A program made the position numbers and the translations under genes. This document shows, in pieces, positions 22,808 through 31,248 of a DNA stretch of 64,000 nt. The number at the start of each line of letters is the position of its first letter. Position 1 is the stretch's first letter. This DNA comes from Hyphomicrobiales bacterium (GTDB lineage Bacteria; Pseudomonadota; Alphaproteobacteria; Rhizobiales; Xanthobacteraceae). The stretch is from positions 30,601 through 94,600 of the forward strand of contig PLBP01000013.1 in assembly GCA_003135415.1 (NCBI GenBank). Reading direction: 5' to 3'. The notes below the pieces were generated by a model. The model searched no databases. It saw nothing but the letters and a program-made list of their open reading frames with translations, and was not told the DNA's origin.

Positions 22808-25183
22808 TTAGGCCGCGTAGATCAATCCGGCCATGGCGTCGACCGCATGCCGCATTTTCTCAGGTCCGCCGAACCGGCGCGCTATCTCGCTTGGATTGCC
22901 AAGATCAGAGAGGGGCGGCACCTTAAGTATATCGGGTAGGACGAATTGCGCTGCGCCATGGGCAGCATATTTTTCGAGCAATGCTCCAAGAACAGCGCGG
23001 GCATCAGGGCCGTAGTGCTCGAAGAAGTCCTGCCGCTCGTGCCGAAGGCGCTGCGCCCGTTCGCGGCGCGTGCGCAGAGGAGCATTCCAAGCAAGGTGGC
23101 ATAGAAGATCGAAAGGATCATCGTCAGGGCGTCCTACGTCGGCGGCTAGGGTTTCAAGATCGATGCCGCGTTCGGCAAGCACCTCGACGACAGCTTTTCG
23201 CTTATCGGCAACGGCCCATTCCGCCAGAAGCTGCGCTGGGGAGGGATAGAGCGCCCTTACCTTTTCGCCAGTCCAATCGGTCAGAGCCTTACAGGTCAGT
23301 CGCTTGCCGTCAGTATCGAGCTCATAGACGAGGTGATGGATAACCTCGACGGTTCCACCGTCGACGTAGAACTTGTGGGATTCCTCTCCTTCTGTCTCGG
23401 GTGGCAGTCCTTCCGAAATATCTCCGGCGGGGCCTTCATCCGGGGATTCGGCCGGCGGCCGATCCTCGGTCTCCGTGGAAATGATTTCGCCGTCAGGCCC
23501 AATTTGCGTGACAGTCTCTGTCGTGGGCTCTCCATCAAATTCCGGATCGGCGAAATTAGCAGTAGCGGTGCCAGTATAGTCGATGATGTTGAAGAAGAGC
23601 TTGCCGTAATCTTCGCGCAATCGCGTACCGCGTCCGATAATCTGCTTAAACTCGCTCATCGATCCGACGACACGAGCAAGAACAATGTTTTGGCATGTCG
23701 GCGCGTCGACACCCGTGGTCAAGAGTTGCGAGGTTGTTAAGACAACCGGAGTTTTGGTTTCGACATCCTGAAATTTCGCCCGATGTGCTGCACCAATGTC
23801 GCCCTCGTCTGCGGTGACGCGGCAAACATAGTCTGGATACTTCACTACGAGGTCTGAATTGAAGTTGCCAAGCGCCAGACGCATTTCGCTCGCATGTTCC
23901 TGATTCACACAAAACACGATGGTTTTCGCAAAGCGATTGCTATTCTTCAAAAACTCAGAAAGGTGTCGGGCAATGGCCTCGGTGCGAGCACGAAGCGCGA
24001 CAACACGCTCAAAATCTTTGGTACCGTATTCTTCGTCAGGAATTTCTCGTCCATATCTATCGACTTCACCTTTACTCGGCCGCCAACCGGCGGCATCGTA
24101 GTCGGTGATCACACGATGGACCCGGTACGGAGCGAGAAAGCCATCCGCGATGCCTTGAGCGAGGCTGTACGTATAAAGCGGCGCGCCAAAGTAGGTATAT
24201 GTATCGCGGCTGTCCTCCCGCAAAGGCGTTGCGGTCATGCCGAGTTGGGAAGCCGAGCCAAAATACTCTAAAATGCGCCGCCAACTGCTTTCATCCCGCG
24301 CGCTACCTCGGTGACACTCGTCAATAATCACAAGGTCAAAAAAATCAGGCGCGAATTCGCGGAATAGTCCTTCCCTGTTGGTGTCTTCCGCGATGGCTTG
24401 ATAGATTGCGAAATAAATATCGCGCGCCTTGCTTACTCGTCCCTCTGTGATTTTAAAACGCGCATCGCCAAACGGCGCAAAATCTTTGGCCATTGGGTCG
24501 TCAACCAGAACGCTGCGATCGGCGAGGTAGAGAATTTTTGGCTTGCGGTGATCGCCACGCCGATTCCAACTGGCACTCCAAAGCTTCCAACAAATCTGGA
24601 ACGCGACCTGAGTCTTGCCCGCGCCAGTGCAGAGCGTGAGAAGTGTGCGCGGCTGCCCCGTGATTATCGCTTGAACGGCTCGGTTTACGGCTAGTTCTTG
24701 ATAGTAGCGTAAAGGCTTCCCGGGATCGGGGCGCCCAGGCGTGAGCATTCTTTCGGCGGCAACATCATCGGAAAGCCCCAGCCCTTCACGCTGGCGACGC
24801 CAAAGCTCGGCGGGTGTGGGGAAATCGGTTCGCTCAGTTTCTCGACCCATAAACAGGTCAATCTCTATAATCTTACGGCCATTGCTCGCGAAGGCGAATT
24901 TAAGTCCTAGGATCAGGGCATAGTCCTTCGCTTGCTGGACCCCATCGCTCGCTAGTTTGTAATAGGACTTGGCCTCCACAACAGCGAGCGGGTAGTCCGC
25001 ACTGTAGCGAAGGATGTAATCAGCGCGCTTCTGCTTGCCGCGCTTCGCACGGCCACCCACAAAGACGACGCGCCCATCGGTGAATGTGCGCTGTTCGTTG
25101 ATCATATGCGGCGAGCTTTCCCAGCCCGCTTTTTGAAGCAGGGGGACCACGAATTTTCGGCAGGTGTCGGCCTCGGTAAGCAT
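22808..25183 (-). CDS. hsdR: Type I restriction endonuclease R subunit
   Basis: 791 aa. N-terminal nuclease domain (MLTEADTCRKFVVPLL..ADYIL..VEAK), helicase motifs ..LCTGAGKT.. and ..IIDECHRGS... Confidence 0.9.
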   Translation of the reverse strand: MLTEADTCRKFVVPLLQKAGWESSPHMINEQRTFTDGRVVFVGGRAKRGKQKRADYILRYSADYPLAVVEAKSYYKLASDGVQQAKDYALILGLKFAFASNGRKIIEIDLFMGRETERTDFPTPAELWRRQREGLGLSDDVAAERMLTPGRPDPGKPLRYYQELAVNRAVQAIITGQPRTLLTLCTGAGKTQVAFQICWKLWSASWNRRGDHRKPKILYLADRSVLVDDPMAKDFAPFGDARFKITEGRVSKARDIYFAIYQAIAEDTNREGLFREFAPDFFDLVIIDECHRGSARDESSWRRILEYFGSASQLGMTATPLREDSRDTYTYFGAPLYTYSLAQGIADGFLAPYRVHRVITDYDAAGWRPSKGEVDRYGREIPDEEYGTKDFERVVALRARTEAIARHLSEFLKNSNRFAKTIVFCVNQEHASEMRLALGNFNSDLVVKYPDYVCRVTADEGDIGAAHRAKFQDVETKTPVVLTTSQLLTTGVDAPTCQNIVLARVVGSMSEFKQIIGRGTRLREDYGKLFFNIIDYTGTATANFADPEFDGEPTTETVTQIGPDGEIISTETEDRPPAESPDEGPAGDISEGLPPETEGEESHKFYVDGGTVEVIHHLVYELDTDGKRLTCKALTDWTGEKVRALYPSPAQLLAEWAVADKRKAVVEVLAERGIDLETLAADVGRPDDDPFDLLCHLAWNAPLRTRRERAQRLRHERQDFFEHYGPDARAVLGALLEKYAAHGAAQFVLPDILKVPPLSDLGNPSEIARRFGGPEKMRHAVDAMAGLIYAA

Positions 25184-25307
25184 GTGTGGTATTCTATAAC
25201 GAATTCAGTCGTTGTCGCTGTTGCATGATGAGCTGATACGCGAATGTGCGCTTACTATACAAACTCGGCTGATGATCGGGCTGATGATGGTATGATAGGA
25301 AACTAAC

Positions 25308-27398
25308 ATGAAGGCCACGGAAGCCAAGCTTTTAGAGTTCCTCAAAAAGTCGCCGCAGTTTGTCATTCCTATTTACCAGCGAACCTATAGCTGGACCGAG
25401 CGCGAATGTCGCCAATTATGGGATGACATTTTGCGCACCGGACGCAACGACAAAATCTCAGCCCACTTTGTGGGTTCAATCGTCTATGTGGAAAAGGGCC
25501 TGTATCAGGTCTCTACGCAATCACCACTGCTGGTCATTGACGGTCAGCAGCGCCTCACCACCGCCACGTTGCTCATCGAGGCATTGGCCCGTGCTTTGGG
25601 TGAAAGCGAGCCGCTGGATGGATTTTCGGCAAAAAAGCTTCGCAACTATTACCTGCTCAACCCGCTGGAAGATGGAGATCGCCGGTACAAGCTGGTGCTC
25701 TCGCAGACCGACAAAGCATCACTTAAGGCCCTGTTGGACGATCAGCCAAAACCCAAAGAGCATTCTCTTCGCGTAGAAGAAAACTTCGCGTTATTTCAGG
25801 ATTGGGTAGGCGAAATCAAGGAGGGGCTAGAAGCGCTGTGCAAGGGACTGTCGAAGCTTGTGATCGTCGACATCTCGCTTAACCGCGAGCAGGATAACCC
25901 GCAGCTCATATTCGAAAGCCTCAATTCTACCGGTCGTGAACTGAGTCAGGCCGACCTGATTCGAAATTTCATTTTGATGGGATTGGAGCCGCAACTTCAA
26001 ACCCGACTTTACGAACAGTATTGGCGGCCGATGGAAGTTGATTTTGGTCAGGAAGCCTACGCCATTCACTTCGATGCGTTCATGCGCCATTACCTCACGG
26101 TGAAGACCGGCGAGATTCCTAACGTGAGGGAAGTGTATGAAGCGTTCAAGCAATATGCCCGCTCACCAAAAGCGGGCGACATGGAAGCGCTGGTCGCGGA
26201 TATCCGAATCTTCGCCGCTTACTTCTGCAAAATGGCACTGGGAGTTGAGCAGGATGCCAATCTCAAAGTGGCATTCCAAGACATCCGTGAGTTAAAAGTA
26301 GACGTTGCCTACCCGTTTCTGCTGGAGCTGTATCACGACTATGCAATAGGTGCGCTAGCCTCAGATGATTTGCTCCAGGCAGCACGGTTCGTGGAGAGTT
26401 ATGTATTCCGCCGAGCAGTATGCGGCATCCCAACAAACTCGATGAACAAGACATTCGCAACTTTTGGCCGGGGATTGAAAAAGAACCACTACCTCGAAAG
26501 TATTCTGGCACACTTCCTATTGTTGCCTTCCTACAGACGCTTTCCAAACGACGAGGAATTCAAGCGCGACCTTCAAACTAAGGACCTCTACAACTTCCGC
26601 AGCCGCAGTTATTGGCTGCGCCGGCTGGAAAACCATGGCCGGAAAGAGCGAGTACCGGTAGATGAATACACAATCGAGCACATCTTGCCGCAGAACGAGA
26701 ACCTTTCAGCTCCATGGCGTACCGAACTCGGCCCCGATTGGAAGCGCATCCAGCAAACGTATCTGCATACACTCGGTAATCTCACGCTGACTGGCTACAA
26801 CTCGGAATACAGCGATCGACCCTTCGCCGAGAAACGCAACATGGAAGGCGGCTTTGCCCAAAGTCCCCTGCGTTTAAACCAGGAATTAGGAGACCTTGAA
26901 CATTGGAACGAAGAGGCAATCATGCAGCGGGCGGTGAAGTTAGCCGGACAAGCAGCAAGCGTGTGGACGGCACCGAAGCTAGAGCCATCGGTGCTCGAAG
27001 CGTACAAGCCCACGGCTGGCACCGCTGGCCACACCATCGACGATCACCCGCATCTCGCACCCGGTCCGATCCGCGAGTTGTTCGAGGCATTCCGTAAACA
27101 GGTGATTTCGCTCGACCCGTGCGTGACCGAAGAGTTTCTTAGGCGTTATGTCGCGTATAAGGCGGAGACAAATTTTGTAGATGTAGTCCCGCAGGCGAAG
27201 CGGTTGCGTTTGTCGCTCAATGTTGCGTTCGGTGAGATCGACGATCCACGCGGGATTTGTAAGGATGTGTCGGGAGTTGGTCGCTGGGGAAACGGCGATG
27301 TAGAAGTCGGTCTTTCCGCCATCGAAGAACTGCCTTACGTCATGGGGTTGGTGCGGCAGTCGTTCGAACGGCAAATGGGTAATGGGAGCGATGTTTAG
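25308..27398 (+). CDS. GmrSD-like DUF262/DUF1524 protein (putative modification-dependent type IV restriction enzyme)
   Basis: 696 aa. DUF262 motifs ..IPIYQRTYSW.. and ..VIDGQQRLTT... His-Me finger-like ..YTIEHILPQN..LHTLGNLTL... An extra ~130-aa C-terminal domain. Confidence 0.85.
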   Translation: MKATEAKLLEFLKKSPQFVIPIYQRTYSWTERECRQLWDDILRTGRNDKISAHFVGSIVYVEKGLYQVSTQSPLLVIDGQQRLTTATLLIEALARALGESEPLDGFSAKKLRNYYLLNPLEDGDRRYKLVLSQTDKASLKALLDDQPKPKEHSLRVEENFALFQDWVGEIKEGLEALCKGLSKLVIVDISLNREQDNPQLIFESLNSTGRELSQADLIRNFILMGLEPQLQTRLYEQYWRPMEVDFGQEAYAIHFDAFMRHYLTVKTGEIPNVREVYEAFKQYARSPKAGDMEALVADIRIFAAYFCKMALGVEQDANLKVAFQDIRELKVDVAYPFLLELYHDYAIGALASDDLLQAARFVESYVFRRAVCGIPTNSMNKTFATFGRGLKKNHYLESILAHFLLLPSYRRFPNDEEFKRDLQTKDLYNFRSRSYWLRRLENHGRKERVPVDEYTIEHILPQNENLSAPWRTELGPDWKRIQQTYLHTLGNLTLTGYNSEYSDRPFAEKRNMEGGFAQSPLRLNQELGDLEHWNEEAIMQRAVKLAGQAASVWTAPKLEPSVLEAYKPTAGTAGHTIDDHPHLAPGPIRELFEAFRKQVISLDPCVTEEFLRRYVAYKAETNFVDVVPQAKRLRLSLNVAFGEIDDPRGICKDVSGVGRWGNGDVEVGLSAIEELPYVMGLVRQSFERQMGNGSDV

Positions 27399-27511
27399 CC
27401 AAGCTTTGTCCGCTGGCTGATAAACATTCGCGGATATTTCCGCCGGAAACTCACCCCGCTCAAAAATGACCGCCTATCTAGATAAACTCGCATTGCGTTA
27501 TACTGACCGTC

Positions 27512-29908
27512 ATGTTCGGCGATATAACAGTCAAGAGCAGGCCATTACGACTGGCGTTCTTTATTCCGCCGAACAAACTGGCGCTGCGCAAGGCCATTCA
27601 GGTCAATTCAACACTTTGGGGCGGCGTCTTTAATCCAATCATCCCGCTATTTAGCCGAGCGCCAAAAGCGTGGAAGGAATATTCTCATCAGAAGATTTCG
27701 ATAAGTGATCGCGTACTAGGTTATGTTCGGGCGTTCGACCCCGATATTTTAGTCAATTGCACAACCGAGCAGCTACCATCCTATCTTCGTGATCTTGGTA
27801 GGCTTACGATTTCAATCGATGACATATGGTCCGACTTTACTAATGAGAACGGAATTCCGAAATACGGTGTCGGCGTCTTTGAGCTCTTGAATGGAATCTA
27901 CAAAGAATTCTTTGAAGTTAAGCGACGCTTTCCCTCCAAAGTCTTGTTGCCGACCTTCCCAGAAGCGCATTCGCTGTTTTGGATGGCGGTTGTCGGCCAA
28001 CTTCCCCAGGCCATGCAGGATATCATCGAAAAAAATTATTCAGAAGCAATCGACATTGAGAAACCAGAAATGGGAGCCGCAAACTACGAGTCCATTATAC
28101 AATCGAGCTCTTTCTTCCCGCGCCGAATTACGCGCTATCGGTTGGAGAGCGAGAATGTCGGCCGCCGGCGTGACGATGCTTACGGCTTTTGTATGGACGC
28201 AAATAAATTTCCAGACATCGTCGATTTTTGGAACCTACGAGCTCTTGGCCGGTCAGTCATTCCCATTCCGAAGCAATTCGTCGATGTACCAGAATATCTG
28301 CTTTTCATTCGAAATTTTGTGAAGTCTCAGTACCGCGTAAGTCGACACAATCCGGCACTCACTTACGGCACGACCATTGTTCGAAGTTTTTCATCGAAAA
28401 TGTCGGAACTGGAAGCTCTCGCGAAGGCTTTGGATCTCGCAACGCTCATGCCTAACGATCCAAAAGCCAGATTGGTAAGCTTACAACATTGGTATCCGAG
28501 AATTTGGGACGAATGGGCGATGGGCAGAGACGGTGCCACGCCCGACAACGTATCTTCCGAGGCCGAAGAATTTTCCTTTCCGGATACCGATGGCTCAGTC
28601 ACGTTTAATCTCGTCAGACCAGACTTCGTTACCAAGACGTTCACTGATACACCGCGATATGCGAATGAGATATATCCAAAATTCTACGGGCAAACAGATA
28701 CAGTTCTCGCTGACGTGTTGCCATATGACCACGGCCAGGAGGTACTTCGAGTCGCCGGCGGCTCCATTGCTCTCCAAGATGAGTTTCGCATAGGCCATAC
28801 AGGTCTTATTCATCTCGTTAAATGGAAGCAGAAAGCCCGATGGAAAATTCCACTCGCTGAAGAAATATTTTTTGCGTGGCTGAGAGATAAGGGATTTGAA
28901 GCTAGTCTGTCGTCGTGTGGGCGCCTGGCTAAGCAGGTTCATTCACAACTGGAAGGCTGGACTATGGCTCTCACCCACGAGCCACTGCTTAAGTTATTTG
29001 AACGAATGAACAAGGGTGGCGAAGATGGAAAGGGAGCTCCGTTAGGTGCCGTTAAGAATTCGCTGAAGGGCGTCGACTCTGCAGGAAACCTCTACCTGTC
29101 CCTCGTAAAGCGAGACGTATTCCAGCTCGGCTACAAAACACAATGTATCCATTGTCAGCGTTCGTCTTGGCATAGCCTGGGCGATATGGCGAAAGAACTC
29201 GTTTGTCCGCTTTGTCACAAGAAATTGGACGCAATCAGTGCGGTAGATAGTGAAAATCAAGGAGCTTGGCACCTGAAAACGGCTGGGCCTTTTAGTGTTG
29301 GTAATTATGCGGAAGGAAGCTACTGCGTTCTCCTAGGCTTGAATTATTTTGAACGAGACCACTCTCTTCAAACCACGCCCGTTATGAGTTTCAAGGCTAA
29401 ACATAAAACCTCCGGGAAAGAGCTAGAGGCCGATTTCGGCCTTATGTGGCAGGAAACGGTCTACGGAGAGACGCAGGATGGTTTGTTGTTTGCAGAATGT
29501 AAGAGCTACAACAAGTTCGAACGGAAAGACTTCGATCGAATGCGGACTTTGGCTAAGCAGTTTCCGGGGGCGATATTAGCATTTTGCACACTTCGAAAGA
29601 CCTTAGAACCCGGAGAAATAAAAGAACTGAAATCAATTACCAAAGCGGGTATGAAGCGGTGGAAAACTGAAAGACCTATCAATCCGGTTCTCATTTTAAC
29701 GGGACAGGAATTATTTAGTCATATCGGTGCACCTTATTGCTGGGATGGAATATCGATTCCTGGATGGGCAAAGAATACACATACACTTCTGAATCTTTGC
29801 AACGCAACCCAGTCTATATATTTGAGCGTGCCACATTGGCAGGAAACCTGGGGAAAGGAATATGAAAAAAAGCAGAAAAAAACTAGAAGCGTCCCCGTCC
29901 TGAAATGA
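27512..29908 (+). CDS. Large orphan protein (798 aa): unknown N-terminal ~540 aa, CxxC-x16-CxxC zinc ribbon, C-terminal PD-(D/E)xK-like motif
   Basis: Long low-GC ORF with consistent coding character. CIHC...CPLC at nt 29144-29215. D641 (nt 29432) ... FAECK (E662-x-K664, nt 29495-29503). I cannot assign a named family. Confidence 0.7.
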   Translation: MFGDITVKSRPLRLAFFIPPNKLALRKAIQVNSTLWGGVFNPIIPLFSRAPKAWKEYSHQKISISDRVLGYVRAFDPDILVNCTTEQLPSYLRDLGRLTISIDDIWSDFTNENGIPKYGVGVFELLNGIYKEFFEVKRRFPSKVLLPTFPEAHSLFWMAVVGQLPQAMQDIIEKNYSEAIDIEKPEMGAANYESIIQSSSFFPRRITRYRLESENVGRRRDDAYGFCMDANKFPDIVDFWNLRALGRSVIPIPKQFVDVPEYLLFIRNFVKSQYRVSRHNPALTYGTTIVRSFSSKMSELEALAKALDLATLMPNDPKARLVSLQHWYPRIWDEWAMGRDGATPDNVSSEAEEFSFPDTDGSVTFNLVRPDFVTKTFTDTPRYANEIYPKFYGQTDTVLADVLPYDHGQEVLRVAGGSIALQDEFRIGHTGLIHLVKWKQKARWKIPLAEEIFFAWLRDKGFEASLSSCGRLAKQVHSQLEGWTMALTHEPLLKLFERMNKGGEDGKGAPLGAVKNSLKGVDSAGNLYLSLVKRDVFQLGYKTQCIHCQRSSWHSLGDMAKELVCPLCHKKLDAISAVDSENQGAWHLKTAGPFSVGNYAEGSYCVLLGLNYFERDHSLQTTPVMSFKAKHKTSGKELEADFGLMWQETVYGETQDGLLFAECKSYNKFERKDFDRMRTLAKQFPGAILAFCTLRKTLEPGEIKELKSITKAGMKRWKTERPINPVLILTGQELFSHIGAPYCWDGISIPGWAKNTHTLLNLCNATQSIYLSVPHWQETWGKEYEKKQKKTRSVPVLK

Positions 29909-29958
29909 CTCCACAGCAGGTTTCTCCAAGGGGATGATGTGTGAGATAATTTGCTTAT

Positions 29959-30477
29959 ATGACCATCCTCATAGGATTGGCAGCGGTCATCGTTCTGGCG
30001 CTTATAATTCTGGGAATCTACGGGGCCGTGACTGCGCTTAATGGCACTCAAGAAGCTGAGAAAAGCAAGACGATCTATCAATACAGCTCCAAGAAATATT
30101 TTCTCACACGCGCCGAGCATGAGTTCTATAACGTGCTAGGACAAGCGGTAGGCAATGATTTCCGTATTTTTGCGCAAGTTCATCTTTCGTCGATTCTCGA
30201 CGAACGGATCAAGGGACAATCATGGACCGCTGCCCGCGCACATATAAACCGCAAGTCTGTTGATTATTTGTTGTGTGATAAGGAAAATATTTCACCGAAG
30301 CTCGCCATAGAACTGGACGATAAGACACACGAACGTCCCGATCGAATCGACCGAGACACAGAGGTAGAAAGAATTCTAAACCAAGCTGGTCTGCCTCTAT
30401 TGCGCATTGAGAACAATGTCGGCTTTGAACCGACGACCATAGCCTCTCAGATTAGGGCGGCACTGGAGAAGAAATAG
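29959..30477 (+). CDS. Membrane-anchored DUF2726-domain protein (nuclease-like fold)
   Basis: 172 aa. TM helix MTILIGLAAVIVLALIILGIYGAV, then ..LTRAEHEFYNVL..RIFAQV..VDYLLCDKENISPKLAIELDDKTH..RDTEVERIL..AGLPLLRI, typical of DUF2726. Confidence 0.75.
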   Translation: MTILIGLAAVIVLALIILGIYGAVTALNGTQEAEKSKTIYQYSSKKYFLTRAEHEFYNVLGQAVGNDFRIFAQVHLSSILDERIKGQSWTAARAHINRKSVDYLLCDKENISPKLAIELDDKTHERPDRIDRDTEVERILNQAGLPLLRIENNVGFEPTTIASQIRAALEKK

Positions 30478-30653
30478 GGTCGGACGCGCCCGTGAGGGGT
30501 GAACTCCAAACTCACTCGTAACGGCCGGCCACTCTGCGGCTTCCCCATGCAACAAAAGTTGATCTGCGCCGCATAGCGGAATATTCGCGCCCGAGCGTGC
30601 ACGCGGTGGAACATACCGCACGGTTACGGCGAACGCTTTTGCTTCTACTTCCC

Positions 30654-30675
30654 GTGTCCTCTTCGATGAGGACAC
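30654..30675 (+). promoter_or_regulatory. Perfect 8-bp hairpin/palindrome covering the Shine-Dalgarno of the MT-A70 gene
   Basis: GTGTCCTC-ttcgat-GAGGACAC. The 3' arm contains GAGGA 9 nt upstream of ATG 30681. Could be a translational hairpin or an operator. Confidence 0.35.
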
Positions 30676-30680
30676 TACGG

Positions 30681-31238
30681 ATGAAATTGCATAAGCGTTC
30701 AAAATATCGAGTTATCTATGCAGACCCGCCCTGGCCCGAGTACGGCGGAGGCAAGATTAAGCGTGGTGCCGACCGGCACTACCCTCTTATGCCAATCGCG
30801 GCGATTCTTCGGCTTGGCGATACCTTGCAGCGGCATATCGACGAAGATGGATGCCACCTCTACCTGTGGGTGACGAACACGCACTTGGCCAACGGACTGC
30901 TCGTCATGGACGGGTGGGGATTTCGGTACAAAACGACGATCACCTGGTTCAAGGATCGCTTCGGCCTAGGGCAGTATTACAGAGGCCAAACCGAACATTG
31001 CCTCTTTGGAGTGCGTGGCCGGCTGCCCTATCGCACCACGGACGACGGTAAGCGCTCTCAGGGCATCACCGCTATTCATGCTCCCCGCACGACCCATTCC
31101 GCGAAGCCCGACGAGATGCGGCGCATGATCGAGCGGGTTAGTTATGCGCCACGGTTGGAGCTATTCGCACGCCGCGAAGCCGAGGGCTGGGATGTTTGGG
31201 GCAATGAGGTCCGAAGCGATGTCCTGATTGCCGCCTAG
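30681..31238 (+). CDS. MT-A70-family (beta-class) DNA N6-adenine methyltransferase
   Basis: Track ORF 30597-31238; I prefer ATG 30681 (MKLHKRSKYRVIYADPPW..). Catalytic DPPW, ..HLYLWVTN.., ..HSAKPDEM.., ..ELFARR...GWDVWGNEV. Confidence 0.85.
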   Translation: MKLHKRSKYRVIYADPPWPEYGGGKIKRGADRHYPLMPIAAILRLGDTLQRHIDEDGCHLYLWVTNTHLANGLLVMDGWGFRYKTTITWFKDRFGLGQYYRGQTEHCLFGVRGRLPYRTTDDGKRSQGITAIHAPRTTHSAKPDEMRRMIERVSYAPRLELFARREAEGWDVWGNEVRSDVLIAA

Positions 31239-31248
31239 CCAATAATCC

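Noticed and set aside
30597-30680. Upstream start for the MT-A70 gene (and similar long 5' extensions of lysK 34094, the thiolase 46444, UPF0262 60075, the acyl-CoA synthetase 61995, mscL 55203 and murA 57279)
   Set aside because: The extensions are low-complexity or overlap the preceding gene. Internal ATGs give N-termini matching the known families and have RBSs or stop-start coupling.
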